Assembly (NCBI GenBank): GCA_030141605.1
Contig: JAQGDQ010000175.1
Location: 186,001 to 250,000, forward strand
Direction: 5' to 3'
Source: Tubiluchus corallicola
Lineage: Eukaryota; Animalia; Priapulida
DNA length: 64,000 bases
The translations under genes were made by a program, and so were the position numbers. The first letter of the stretch is position 1, and each line of letters begins with the position of its first letter. This document shows, one piece after another, positions 26,340 to 40,400 of the stretch. Below the pieces are notes generated by a model. The model was not told the DNA's origin. It made no database searches and was given only the letters and a program-made list of their open reading frames with translations.

Positions 26340-26970
26340 CTAAACTAAGAAATTAAAATAAAGGAGGCAGTTAGGCAAGGAACCTTGTTAGGTCCGCTGT
26401 TGTGTTGTGCAACAGTAAATACAATAAAAGCAAAAACATTAATAACTCCTGAGCTTGAAACAGAAATTATGATGTATGTAGGTGATATTTTAAGCCTGGG
26501 TATGAAATGAAAATACAATTAAAAAATGATTAAAAATTGTAGAAAAATTGAAGAACTAAAAATACTAGAGCTCAGTGTTAAAAAAATGCGATTAGTGCGG
26601 ACAAAGGTGACTAGAAAGATTAAAATTCCCTCAGTTAAAGAAAAACTTAGCAAAGGAGAAATTGGGGAAGCACAAAGCTATAAATACCTTGGTAATTGGC
26701 TAAATGAGGAAAACACTTATAGAACATTAATTGAAAAGCGAAAAGAGCAGAACAAATTTAAAATCAGCTAAATTAACTCCTTAGCAAATGTAGGAATAAT
26801 GTCAGTAGGAATGAAACTAAAACTCTATTATTCGCTTGCACTACCATCATTGATTTATAATTCTGAAACTTGGTCAAACATGAAAAGAAATGAGTTTGAT
26901 AAATTTGAAAGCATTCAAGCCAAATCAATAAGAATTGTGTTGGGAGTGGCTAAAACTAAAAGTTACTGAA
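26340..26970 (+). mobile_element. Decayed non-LTR retrotransposon RT
   Basis: AVRQGTLLGPLLC, MMYVGDI (decayed YVDD), SYKYLGNWL and LPSLIYNSETW, with stops and frameshifts. Confidence 0.75.
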
Positions 26971-27449
26971 CTTCCTTAATATCAGGAAGTGAAAGGTTAG
27001 CCAGCAAAGTTGTAGCACAGCAAATGAAATATTTTACATTTTAAACAATTTTGTTACACTTTTGGATCAAACTTTACTTCTGTAGGAACAACTTGATTGC
27101 CCAATGTTGTAGACCTCCAGTTTGTCAACATGGACAAAATCCTTGTTGCACGAATGGCTGGCTTTGACGACAGTTTGGAGCAGTAAATTGGAAAAGGTAT
27201 TAAACAATTTCAAATAACTTATATATATTTATAAGACTCCATGCTAAAAGCTTGATTAAAAAAGTGTGAAATTTATTTAATGTACTTTATAATTAAAATC
27301 CCATTTTGTCTAATATAGGCCTATAACCAGTAGTCTAATCTAATCTGATCTATTTTATTCTAATTTATTTTGGTACTGTACAGAGTAGGCTGGTGTTAAC
27401 CTGATCTGATCTAGCAGTCTGAAATTTAGCACAATAATTTGAACATTTA

Positions 27450-28860
27450 CTGTGTTCTTTTGTTTCTTGTCTATGTAAATGACGTTACCCATAATATACA
27501 GTGTGACATATGTCTTTTTGCCGATGATACTTCCATAATGGATACAGCCACAGACCCTGTAAATTGTGTATTGCGTCTGGATTCGGACCTGGATACCATG
27601 CAACACTCAGTTGACAGATAGTGTGTTACTTTTAATCCTCAGAAACCTGGAGTAGTGCTGTTCTCACAAAATCCAGCAACATAATCATATGCCACTTTAT
27701 CTTAATAACATAGCATTAAAATACATTAACTCCCATAAACATCTGGGGATATATTGTAAATGTGATGTGAAATGGGAACAACATATATAAATGATATCAC
27801 TGCAGCTGGGCAGCCAAAACTAAGAGACTTGCAAGGTCCAGCAACTGTGCTGCCACATTCAGCTTGTGAATCTTTGTTTAAAATTCTTATGGTAGTCGTA
27901 ATGTTGAACCTTTGCTCAACAATGTTCAGTTAAGTGCTGCCTCGTGCATATACCGGTGCTTTGTCAGGTTCCAATCATTCAAGCCTTTTGTTCAAAGTAG
28001 GACTGGATCCTTTTTCTAAGCACTTCGAAATTTTCCCTTTATGCACATTTTATAAAGTTGTCAGTCATTTAGCTCCCCCATACCTGTTTAATATTTTAAT
28101 TCCTCGTGTAAGGAACGTTACATTATATCCAGTTTGTAATATTCAAAATTTTCATAACTACACTTGCCATTGAACTGCTTTTGGTAATTCTTTTTTCTTG
28201 CATTACTTTAGTGCTGGAATAATTTACCTCTTGATATTCATAATTCTAACTCTTCTAAACACTTTTAAATCACGTATTCTAATAACTGGCCTACTTATTT
28301 CTCAAGTGGGACTCGTCCTTACACCATACTAGAATGAGAGTTGGTTTTTGTCAACTTAATCACGATTTATACCTCAGAAAATGTAAAAATTATGAAGTGT
28401 CGTTGGTGTCACTTAGTTGTCAATGTGGTTCTAGTTATGAAAGAGTTGGTCATTACTTAATTAGCTGCCCTCTTTTTCCACCAGGCCAGACATGATTTAT
28501 TTGCAAATCTCTGAACTCTTTTGTCAGCTTTTAATATCAATGTTTGTAGTCTTGCAAGAAATGAACTTGTACATCTGTTCCTGCATAGGATCCTTTCCCT
28601 AGATAACTCTATGAACACTAAATTTTTGTGTTAGTGCAGTCTTTTATTGCAAACGCTAGAGACTTTAAATAGTGTTAAATTGTTACTTTTCTTACTTAGC
28701 ATTGTCTATAATTATTACAACATTTGTTGTAAATTGTGGTCACCATTGTACTGCATCTGCATGGTCACCGTTTCGGAGAACATGTACCAGTTGTATATCT
28801 GTCTGCTTCAAACCTAGTTTGTCAAATTACGTCTTCAATAAAATAATGTTTAAACCAACA
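27450..28860 (+). mobile_element. 5'-truncated decayed CR1/L2-type LINE
   Basis: LLFLVYVND...ICLFADDTSI...LDSDL...FNPQK, then HKHLG, FYKVVSHLAPPYL, WNNLP, a CxCG...HYLISCP knuckle, and AATAAA near 28838. Confidence 0.85.
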
Positions 28861-31800
28861 CATTTATTATACCTTACACAAATATATCTTGTTATTGTTG
28901 TACGTAGAAGCTTAGCGGTTAACATCTTTGAAATGCCTTTTGATTAGACAGTTTGCACTTTATAGATTTTTAATGATGCATTAATGGTCATAAACGTAAT
29001 TAATGAAATTTACTAGGACACTATCCACAACATTGTATTGACTGCATATGCAAACTGTAGGAACAGAGAGAGGGGAGAGAAAGGCAGGGTAAGGATAAAA
29101 ATGCAAGAGACGGGAGGGGCATTCTACAGATAGGTTGTCTGAAGAGGTCCCAGGTGAACAACGAGTGATATTGCAAAAAATTGCAGGTATATAAAACCGG
29201 ACAATGACACCACATTCACTGGTTTTCAAAATGTGAGGGAGAGATCATGTACTGAAAACTAAAAATGTGATTTCAATGGAAAAACGTGTTAAAAAATAAT
29301 CAGATTTTGCACTTGGTGTGTTTCAGTGTTAAAAAGCTGCAATTTGAGGGCTTTGCGCTGTACTCTAAAAAATACCTTTTTTGGCTTAAAGTTTGGCACT
29401 AATTATTTCTAAAGTCTTCAGCATATTGAACTGCTTTTAAACATGCAGTAAAAATGTAATTTTGCATGGACATCTGTTGTGACTGTTGAGTATTATTGTT
29501 CGTGGCTTTTTGTCGTGAATTTTATTTATAATTAGTAGATTGTTGTGTCATGTCATCTGCACATAGAATTTGTTAGACAGTTTACAATTCCTTCATTGTC
29601 AAACTGACAGAAGACCAGTTTAACCAACTAATTATTATTCCAACTGAAAACTTGTCATTTACTTGTTCTTCAGCTTGAAAGATTTGAGTTTAATTAGCAC
29701 AAGACAGGTTATGGTATTGACCTCCCATTCCACTGACAAGTTGCACTGATAGTAGTTGGTATTTGGTGACTTTTTCGCAACAACCATTTGTGTGTTGTAT
29801 AGTGTGTTGAAAATATTGTGCATGTGATTTATATTCTTATAATTTATGTTCTTGAGTGTTCTGTATATTGCCAAAAATATGTAGGCTAACTAGTCGACCA
29901 CTAGGTGATGCATTTAACGAATGCTTCAAAGCTCTATTTATTAATGAGGAAAATTATGCCTTGATTAATCGTTTTAATGAGGAACATACTAATGCTCTTG
30001 CTGATGTGCAAAATAGATGGAAGTCACGCATGCGAATGTATATCAAAATCAAAATTTATTACCTGTGCCATTGAAAGTTACCCTTAAAATGAGATGCCAT
30101 AATGACTCCACGTATAGTGATTTTCAGTAGTGACAAGTCGTCTAGTCAGTATTGGTATTGTGAATTGGAAGAATTGAACATTTTTTCAGAAATTAGAATC
30201 GATATCTGAATTTATTCAATTCTTAAAATGATTACTCTACATTTAAAACAGTAATAGCATTAGAGACTGCCAGAACTGAAAAATAATCACTGTTATCAGG
30301 GTCTTGCATTTTCAAAGCTTTTTTGGAAACATTTAGACACATGTATCAGGATAATTTGCAAATTGCAAGATGTTTACTATTTTAAGTACTACCAAAGACT
30401 GTGATGTATTTTGCTGAGTTGTTACAAACTTGTAACATTGTATCAAAATGATCTACTTCTCTACTTCTATAGAAGATGCTTTCAGGAGCTCTGATGACTG
30501 CTTTCTAAATGTTGACGGTTTGTTCTAATGTTTGTTTTCTGTTGCTTTTTAAGGCTGTCACCCTGCCCATCCGTATCTCTGTAGAACAACTGCTTATAAA
30601 CCCAGTTTTTCTTCTGACTTCTCATATGAAGAGGTCTCTATTAGACATTTGTTTCTGTAAAATGTACAACCTCGCTCAATTCAAGAAAAAAAATCAACAC
30701 GTACTTCCTTTCTTTATGCTGTCATAATCCTGCGTAAACTAAATCATAAATGTTTCCTAACTAAAATGTGAAACTTTACAGGAAACTATGCATCCTACCA
30801 TGTTTTTGAAAAGAATCAGAATCGAGACTTTTTATGGGAGCCGGTTTCAGAAGCAAAATCATCAAAAAAATTTGTGTTGTTACTATTTTTTTAGAATATT
30901 TAGTTTCATCTGTTTTTGCAGGAGTTTAGCCTGCCTTACAGTGGACCACTTTAGCATTATACAGCTCTTTACAAATTTATTATTATTCATTTACATTTGT
31001 CATTGCTATTGCTATATTTGCGAGTCTGAAGAATCAGTGCTCAAAGTCACAGCTTGACTTGTAAATTTTGCAAGTATTCATGGACATCAAAATGAAACTA
31101 AATTTTGCAATGATTTAACAATTTTTTAAGTTAAAAATGGAAGATATACCGCAGTACTCATATTAATAGGCATGTGCTCATAAATGCCTTAGTTTTCATG
31201 ACATGGTGACATCAGGACATTGTGTACCTTACATGTTATGGTGGTCCATCATATCTCAGCTCTTCAAACTGTTCTTCTAGACATGTCACGATTGTGGGAC
31301 AACTGCTACGTGCTTGTCTTTGTTTACATGTTTGTTTACACCTACAAATACTTTCTGTTTGTCATCTTATCTTAGACTTTCGTTAGTCTTCTTTAGATCG
31401 AATAAGTACATCTAACTAACTGTCTATTGTTAAGCACTTTAATGTAAGTGTTGTTGGTAAAATGCTATCAGAGTTAACACTACACAAGACTGATTTGCAT
31501 TGCCAGAAAGTGCTGCTTGGTTGTACTAGCATTGGTTTGCACGCGTGTGTAAGCTTCTGTTCACGTGTGATAAGTCTTGATTTTGTTGTTGAGCCAACAG
31601 ACGTGTAACCTAGCCATATTTGCCAATCGTGTACGGCTTGTTGACATCCAATACAAATTATGATTCCGCACTTTGCCTGAATCGGGCCATTTACTTATTT
31701 CCATAGAATAGTCTGCACCTCTTATCGTGAACAGACTGGTCGGCTATAAATATATTCCTTTCAAGCTGGAAAAGGTGGTTTTATATTTTCAAATCGTGAA

Positions 31801-32215
31801 CTTATACTTAAATTCTAATAAAATTGGAATTATTTGTAAGATTTAGAATGCTGTAAATGCAAACTCGTTGAGAGTCACAGTACCTTGAATTATGTGACAG
31901 GTTGAGTGCAAAAATGTTAATTTTGGGAAAATAGTATTATGATGGCAAACACGAATTTGAAGTTAAACTGTTACAAGCTTGCTTGACCTGAAGCTCACAG
32001 GTCAGAATGCAGTTAGTTCACCATTTAGCTGAGCTCAGCTTTAACATTGTATGACACTGAATTCAAACTTTTGTCCCAAGCTGTGTAAAGTTTCTAGATG
32101 AGGTCCAATTACTATTAAAATCTTTTACCTGGAAAATTACTGCTGTTGTTGAGCAATCGTGTAATGTTTAGAGTTCATTTGCTTTTTGTGCAGGTGGGTG
32201 TAAATTGAGTTTCTA

Positions 32216-32280
32216 ATGGAAAACACAGGTGGAATATCGATATCTACTCACAATGGACCCTTACCTTACAAGGATATAAG
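32216..32280 (+). CDS. Alternative first coding exon of ACSBG (MENTGGISISTHNGPLPYKDI-S)
   Basis: Acceptor TTTTTGTGCAG at 32193, ATG at 32216, donor AAG|GTTTGA at 32280. It ends in phase 2, matching exon 38390. Confidence 0.5.
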
Positions 32281-33284
32281 GTTTGATATTTTTTTTATGT
32301 TTATTAATATTTCACATAATATTAATAATGTCAAAGCACATTTCTTATTGGAGAAATAGTGACTGGTTTTTCTCTGTAGTTTGGCTGTTTCTCAGTAAAA
32401 GTATTTTAAATTTTATCATAAACTAAGCCACTGAGCTTTGAAGCACTTAAAAGATAGACGTATTTGCCATTTGGTACACGTAGCACAGAGTCGGTATTTC
32501 AAATGACTATCCAATGTAGCTTATATGATTTAAATTAGCCGCTTGTAAAGCAGCTACTCTGTATCCATGCATATCAGTAGTGGTATAAATAAATATAGTA
32601 ATTTTCTTTGCATAACACTGAAACTAAGTTAATCGAACCTAGACACAGTGTAAACACATAATTGACTAGCCAATTATCATGTTTTTTTCTTTTCTTTTGA
32701 ACTTTCAAACTAATAGGCAATGCTTTATTTCTAGTATAGATATAACGTTTTGGAATCAAGTGATGTAGCTGTTGCTGGGGATTCTCTTTAGGTGTAAGGG
32801 TCGCCTCTAAGGGTAGCTTTGTTTTTGAAGGCAAACAATCAGAAACTTTTACCTAAAGTATTTTCTTAATTTTTGTGCACAGTGCAACTTCATACTTCAT
32901 GATTATCTGATGTTTTTCACACAAGGTTTAAGTGTAAGCACAGTAAGCTTTTTTCTGCAATATGAGTAAATGTCCGATGTCTAACTGTTCCTGACATTGA
33001 AGAGGTTGAGTCTGTTAGCTATATTATTAATGTAGTCAAAGTACAGTTTACTATCAAAGGTAAAGGTGTTACAGTGTTTGAACAAACTTAGTACATGATT
33101 TTTGGTAAACAGTTGTAAACATGCACCAGCATCATGCATGGCTGAATGATTTATTACAATCTGGGCTCTCTAAATGTAACTAAGGTCTGCACTTATTTGC
33201 AAAATAAGCATTATTTTAGCAATGTTTTTAATGTTTATGCGCCAACTGCAAATTAGTATGCTAATACATGTATAAAGTATAGCT

Positions 33285-33312
33285 TTATTATTATTACTAT
33301 TATTATTATTAC

Positions 33313-33348
<36 letters not shown>
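33285..33348. repeat. (TTA)n microsatellite
   Basis: Direct reading. Confidence 0.95.
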
Positions 33349-33947
33349 GTCATCCAAGTCTGTTTTAGGAAAATTATTTTGTAACACGAAACTGAAACAA
33401 AGGTATTTGACCATTAACGCTTAGAATAAGAGACCACAAAATGGGCAAAAATGAAGTAACTCCAGTGTTATACCATGAAAGGTGGATCCCATAAAAAACC
33501 TGTCATGCTTGAGAGACTAATATAGATTGGCCCTCTTGTCTGAAGTTTCAGTTAGGAGAATTATTACTTGCCCACTTAGAGTTCCATGTAAAAATATATT
33601 TAGTTGTGCAGTCAGTGATGGTCTGGGCGTTTAATTCTTGCTAGCAGAATATAAGTTAGCACAAGAGTGTATAATGTGCACAAAATGCTCAAGTTTCTGT
33701 AACGTATAGTTTCTATAACGTTTTGTAATAGTGCGCAAAAGTGAATGTTCATCTTATAGTAACTGTATAATATTTTCATCTCATCCGTGACATTTGCGGT
33801 TTTTCTTACAAATTATGAATACCTATATCTGTATTTTTTGTTTTTCTGCTAAATGTTTTTAATTAGGCGAGGTTCAGGATTTCGTTATTGCTGAAACACT
33901 GCCATCAGTGTTAATTATAGTAATTCAAGAGTGCCTAGTAATTTGGA

Positions 33948-34125
33948 ATACAGGTAATAAAGTCACAATTAAAAAAGTCACATGTAAGAGGTCACAAAAA
34001 GCCACAGGGAAAAAAAATTACAAGAAAAAAGAAATAATCCTAACCGTAACTCTAATCCTAACCGTAACCCAAACTCTAGCCAAAATTAATTGTTAACTTT
34101 TTCCTGTGACTTTATTGCCGTGTAC
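33948..34125. mobile_element. Small MITE-like inverted-repeat element with internal (CCTAAC)-like repeats
   Basis: TACAGGTAATAAAGTCACA ... TGTGACTTTATTGCCGTGTA, with internal CCTAACCGTAAC units. Confidence 0.5.
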
Positions 34126-34353
34126 AGTAATTTGACTTATCAAGTATTAAGCCGATACTTGCAACCAGTTTTAGTATTGCTTTTCTGTGTTCATCTTATT
34201 GCCATTTAATTTTTCCATATGTTGTAAATGAGTGGTTTTTCACAAAAGTAATGTGTACTTAGATAACTTATAAAAATCATTCTTGCTTTGGCATGTAGAC
34301 ACACAATTTTTTCTTGAAATGCTTTTTACCATTGTATTTAGTTTATTTCGTAA

Positions 34354-35007
34354 TCGTTGTTGTTTTTCTTGTCTCCACAGACTGTAGGATCCTGCTGGTG
34401 GGTACATGGTATTTAGTGATGTATTCTTATGCAAAGTATTAATCCAGCATTTTTTCAACAAAAAAATTCGTGATAGTTTAAAGCTTCGGTTAGTTATAGA
34501 CAGTTATTGGTACGCATACACTGATATCTGATAAGTGTGAAAAGTGTGTCAGGGAGTGTGCCTAGATGCATGTGAACCATCCACCTGGTGTTTCAGCTCC
34601 TTATCTTTCACCAAGACTACTCAATTCTTGGCATCATTTCCATATTTGATTTTTAGGATTTTAGTACAGCAAACATATGATGTGAACCTACAAACATAGG
34701 ATGCTTCAAAAGTCAGTCATTATTTTTAAAAAAATACTAAAAATTAATAGCTGTTACAACAGGAACCAAATAACAGATTTCTAGCTGGGTCTGGGTCCAT
34801 AAGAGTTTTGGCTTCATTAGTCTAGTGCAAGGATCTTTTATGTATACCTATATAGCAGTATGTTTTTTTACCACTGTAGTTTAGTCTATTCAGCTTCGTT
34901 GTTGTTTTTCTTGTCTTCACAGACTGTTGGATCCTGCTGGTGAGAACGTGGCATTTAGTGATGTGTTCTTATGCAAAGTGGGCATATATGTGTTCTTATG
35001 CAAAGTG

Positions 35008-35010
<3 letters not shown>
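34354..35010 (+). repeat. Local ~85-bp direct duplication (34354-34438 and 34897-34979) followed by a short tandem unit and (TA)n
   Basis: CGTTGTTGTTTTTCTTGTCT(C/T)CACAGACTGT(A/T)GGATCCTGCTGGTG...TTTAGTGATGT(A/G)TTCTTATGCAAAGT occurs twice. (TA)n spans 35012-35047. Confidence 0.85.
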
Positions 35011-35048
<38 letters not shown>

Positions 35049-35199
35049 CCCTGCAGCGATTTTAAGCCTAGAGCTGGTTTAGAGTCTACACGAAAGCAAG
35101 TTAAAACGGAGCAAAACTTTAAAAAAATCCTCATTTTCTGATTACGGGTTTGCCACAAGATGAATTTTCATGATTAGCTGCAAAGAAAATTGAAAATCA

Positions 35200-35320
35200 A
35201 ATTAATGAGTGACTTTTGAAATACCCATTTTACCGAACTCGACGCAAGGAAGGAAATGTGAAAATTAGCATTTAGCTGAGTCTGGATTTGAACCAGGGGC
35301 TTTTAGATTGCAATGCCCAA
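35200..35320 (-). mobile_element. Possible tRNA-derived SINE head
   Basis: Minus strand reads ...TTGCAATCTAAAAGCCCCTGGTTCAAATCCAG (B-box in a T-arm-like stem). There is no complete cloverleaf. Confidence 0.3.
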
Positions 35321-37477
35321 TATAATGAATTGTTATTAAAGCCTTTTGCACTCAAGGTATGTTTTTATTTGTTGTAGTTAGCTTATGAACCTATCATAGG
35401 AAATAATTCTAAGACTAAGGTTCTTCATGCTAGTTAGAATAATAACTAACTAATTACGTTAATCAGTTAATCACTCTGTTAATTCGTTTGGTGGGCTACT
35501 GAGATTGAATTAAGTGTTTAAGACAAATCACATCAATTTATTTTACTCCAGCAATACATATACAATACATCAACATACAATATGATTTAAAAAAACAGTA
35601 TAGGTAAAAAAACATTGATGAAGTCAAATTAACCAAATAAAAGAGTTGCTGTATGACACATTGAACGCTTGGCTTGTTAAGGTGGCACGAATGAGTGAAT
35701 GAAGCCTGCCTTATTTCACTGGTTTTGACGTCTGAGAAAATTGTATATTGAAGTAGCATAATTAATGAAGGAACCTATTGCAAACTACTGACATCGTAGG
35801 TCGTTCTTTTCTCAATTTCCTTTTTGTACAAACTGTTATTGATTAATCCAGTGCATGCACTATATTTCTGTGTGGGGGCTTGGTTGTGTTAATGCATGAA
35901 TATGATGATTGCTATCGATCAAGTTCCCTTTAGTTACCTGACCAGTTAGCTTGCGTTTTTTCTCTCTCCTGTAGTCTATATCTGCGTGCTTATAATGCAT
36001 GTTGTAATTACACAGCCTTGGATTTGGCTTACCTGTTTTTGGATGACTAACCAAACAGAAAAGAACAAATAGTTTGTGTAGTGTTCCTTCCCTTTGTAGA
36101 ACTTATTTATGAAGAAGATACGCGTTTAGTGTTCAGGCGGTTTTATCTGTGCGCGGTATCCTGACATACGTGCATAAGTAGCGTTTACATGAGTATTGAT
36201 TAGCATGTTTGTTATACTCTTGTGATATATTGACATGGATGTCAGCACTTTAACCGTTATCACTATGACAGCTCGTATTTATAAGATTTGTGTGTTTGTT
36301 TAAATTTATCTGCTGTTTATCTGCTGTTTACAGCTGAAGTCGTGCGAGTATTTTTCCAGCTTCGTCTGAAATGATAGCTTTTATGATCGCTTGCGTTCAA
36401 TATTGAATATCTTAATATAATTTTAGCAAGGCTGTTGATTCTTCCTCTAAAAATTTGAGCAACGTACTGCAGTGAGTGTGGTATAAAATTGCTGACTGAA
36501 TATCAACTTCCGGCTGGTTAAGCCCACTACCTAAATAATGAACCCTTTAGCTTTGTGTAACAACCGATTTTAAAAACCTTGGCCCGTCGTTTTCAGCAAA
36601 CTTCTTCAGGGACATAGGGGCATGAGACACTCATGCTGTTTTAAAAATTTATCTTTCTCCATTATGGGACAAGAAGGAAGGAGTGGTGCGAGTAATTATC
36701 GTAAATATATAACTTTTCCTTTTAGTCTTTTACTGGGATCTCATTCGTTGTAGAAGACCTACTTAACATATCGTAAATTTGTAACAATTCGTCACGGCTC
36801 AGTAGTGACGTACATCCGGCCACGATGATGAGGAATTGTCACATTTTCGCAGTAAGTCACCACTGAAGCTCATATATCGCCATAGTAACATTGTCTGCGC
36901 AGCTGCGTAATCAGATCATCATCCGTGCGTAACGCTATCCTAGTTCCACGTTGTACAGTAGTCGTAGTAGCAGAATTATTACTCACTCGTCCTAAACATG
37001 TCGTGTCCGTATTTCATTTGAACTGCTTTAGCCGCTCTGTTTGTGCTTTCTAACTGCGGCCATCGCAGTTCATAGAACCGCTTGTTATAACTAGAAAACT
37101 GTTTGCGTACGTGTAGCGTTCTTAAGTTTTATTTGAGTATATCGTGTTAAGCAAAGCATACTGGATTGCTAATCACTTCATTCATGAATTCATAGCTTTA
37201 ATTGTAAAAAAATAATTTCATAATGTATTGAACGCAAGCGATTCTGACTTGATTTTGATAATGACAACTTTTCCTTGAAAAAAGTCTGACGTTCATCGAT
37301 GAGTTTTTGATTATTTGACTCGTTAGTAGTAACAGTACATGTGATAAAGAAATTGCCGAAATCTTGTGTGAATCACGCGACTCGTAATAATTGCATTGAC
37401 TATAACAGAATTGTAACAGAGTTATAATAGTTATAAGCGTTTTACGGACGATATTTGCAAGGATTGTTCATTGAATC

Positions 37478-40400
37478 ATGGGTGGTAGACATAGCAAATC
37501 TTTTACGCTACAGTAAGTGATGCTTTTGGCAATCTGTTATATAAACTATTTGTCTATAGGCAACTTTATATGTACGTTGATTAATTTAAACGTGAATTTT
37601 GGACATTTTAAACCACGTTTAATTTGGAGATCTTGGAATAAGCACAAACAACGTTTTCTTTTTAAAGTTTCTGACCTGCCCACATAAACATAAATAGCTA
37701 AGTAGATCACCTCTATCCGAACTTCCGCAAATCATTATAATAGATGTATTCAGATGTGATTTTTATAATTGCTAGATCTAGTAAAATGATAAAGAAATGC
37801 GTCTGTTATAGTGCATTCTGCTATTTTTGCATCAGTGTAACAAAAAATCCAAGTTTACGTACAGGAACCATTACGAGTCTTTCACGCTTGGGTATTCCCC
37901 CACCTACCACGTTGCCTGTCAGCTTGGCAGTTTGCCATATTGGCAACGTGCCAAATCTCATAGCGGAGCATTACACCCAGTGTTGGATTCATTAACGTTT
38001 CATAGGAATTTTTTGTCTTCGTAAAGTTACGATCGCATTTAATAACGTTCTTGGGTTACGAAACCTTTGTGAATTCCCTTGTAAGCCTATGAATGTTCTT
38101 GCGAATAAACGGTTTGAAAGAAAGTCATTTTGTGTTTTTTTATTTCAGGTAGTAACAAAATAAAGTACAGTATATTGCAGTACTTGATATGCTATGGTTC
38201 TTTTGTCGTAAATTTATTATAATTTCTACCAGATTTGTGGTACATAAAATATCAAATTTTCCCGAACTTAAATAACTTGAACTTTTTTGAGTTTACTTTA
38301 CTAGCAGTTTCATTTCTGTTTAAAGTTTTTGTTAGCTAAATAAATAATTGGTTTACTGACTGACATACATTTAACCTTTTATTTTCTAGTTCAAATGGTA
38401 GTGTCCCCTTCAATAAAGACTGTTCTAGAAATGGCTCAGCTGTACATGACAATGATGGTTTCGTAGATCAGGAATTACACTACAATAAGGTGACGGCTAA
38501 GCGTCTTTCAAAAGGATTTGTTCATCCCGCACCCGGAGAACCTCAGAATGGTAGGCATTTAAAAAATTTGATATATTTAATTTTTTTCGCCATGATTCAA
38601 TATGTCATGATAATAGATGTAATCAGTCTTTACTGATTCTTTTTTTATGAGTGCCAATATTATAAGTGTGCAATCATTCTTCTATGGAAATGATAAAAAA
38701 AGACTATTCTGAAACATTCTGTCAGTCTTTTGCAGAACATTGATATATGGAACTGATTTTCATTATTATCATTTATTTTCAACTATAAATATTTCGAACC
38801 ACTAAAGAAAAATGCTAAACAAAGGCAACAAAAGGTTAGAGGATAAAAAAGAAAAACACATGATAACAAGATCCTCATGCGCAAAGCAAATTGACATAGT
38901 TGAAAAATTATACCTAACATACTGCAACAAAGTTACAATAAAAAGAAATTTGTGTCTCCAAGCTATTGCATAAATACAACTTCTAGTTTATTTTGGTTGC
39001 TTTAGTGTTTTTTAATGACATGGAAATTTTCCAAATATTTATGTTCTTGTGTATGTTTTTGACGAATCTTATATCGTCCTATGTATATTTTATTTGAGAA
39101 TTTCCAAAAAAATTTTGTGAGATATTTGATTTGTGAGATATGAGTGAATTTAGATTGCTGCATCTCAAAGTTAGCTGTAAAAGATTTTTGTTAGTGTGAG
39201 AAACCTGTTTTTAAAGAATAGCAAAGCAATTAGGCATCCTGGTGAGTGGATAGGCTCCAAGTGCAGGGTTAGTTTGTTGCTTTTTTATTGCTAAGTTTAT
39301 AACTCGAGTAGCTACCAGGTTGCTATTAGGATAGTAATCCTCATATTTTATTTGCCTAAACATGATAACAATAGCTAAGGATTGCTGAACAGATATTATT
39401 CAAGAAAGCGAGGGCCATCAAGAATCACCCACACACTCAGCATGACCATAGTGGGTGGTCCATCAAGGCGCAGATAGTCGGATAAAACTCCAAAGAAAGT
39501 TGCTCTCTAAGTCTTGCCACTGTTGAACTGACTAGGTTCAATTTGTTGTGCTTTGATTTAGTATTTTAAATATGTTGGTCCTTCAAATTTTGATTTTTGT
39601 TGCTACTTTTTCTTTGACTCAATATGTTTTTAGTTCGATTTAATAATTTTTGACTTGATTTGTAAGTTGAATTGCTCATTGGATGTTCTGTTACAGCAAT
39701 TTTGCTTGTGTCTTAGTACCATAACCACTCCGGTTAAGTTTGCAAGATATATTTTTGTATTTTCTCACCCAAATTCCTATAATCGAAGACTGCTTGCTAA
39801 TTACTATTTAGTTACCTGAAAACCTGTAGGCAGGTTTTGCTCTTTTTTCTATTACAAAGTGCTCTTACAAGGTCACACCAAGAGTTAATTTATTTCTATG
39901 ACGCAATTTCTTTCTTAGCTTGGAATGACATTTTTTACTATACCTGTTTTGAAAGTGCATCAATCTGTTGCTCTGAGTCAAAGACACTTGAAATTATACA
40001 GTTGTTATTAAAAGGTTGGTGGCAGTCACTGTAAAGCAAATTTCCATCCTAGAATAGTGTTCTTGTGAAATATTATTTTCCTTAATAAACTTTCTAATTG
40101 TGATTTAATTGCGTTTAATATCAAACAGGTTTACTGTTTATCAACAAAATATGTTGATCAGGACCTCTCCCACTAAGCCATTGCCAGTCTGCAATATACA
40201 TATGAACTTTCTATTATTAATTATTACAAGTTATAAATAACCATAAAATGGCCTGTAATAATCTGCCTCAGTTCGCATAATAATTTTATGTAGTGTCTAA
40301 GTAGGTGAGTCTAAGCTGTTCACAGTTATGCTTTTTAGAAAAGTTTAAAACATAATAAAATTGTAAGCTATTGTTGTATTTTAGCTTCTTTAAATTGAAA

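Noticed and set aside
29856-30074. Protein-like 72-aa ORF in intergenic DNA
   Set aside because: No recognisable family, no ATG start and no convincing linked exons.
34037-34082. Interstitial telomere
   Set aside because: The CCTAAC-like units are few, degenerate and enclosed by inverted repeats, which is typical of a small MITE.
35270-35345. tRNA-Cys gene
   Set aside because: Only the B-box/T-arm is recognisable. There is no D-arm or acceptor stem.
36825-36851. Third coding first exon of ACSBG (MMRNCHIFA|GTAAGT)
   Set aside because: Its phase 0 does not fit downstream exon 38390 (phase 2) or 40591 (phase 1). At most it is a UTR exon.
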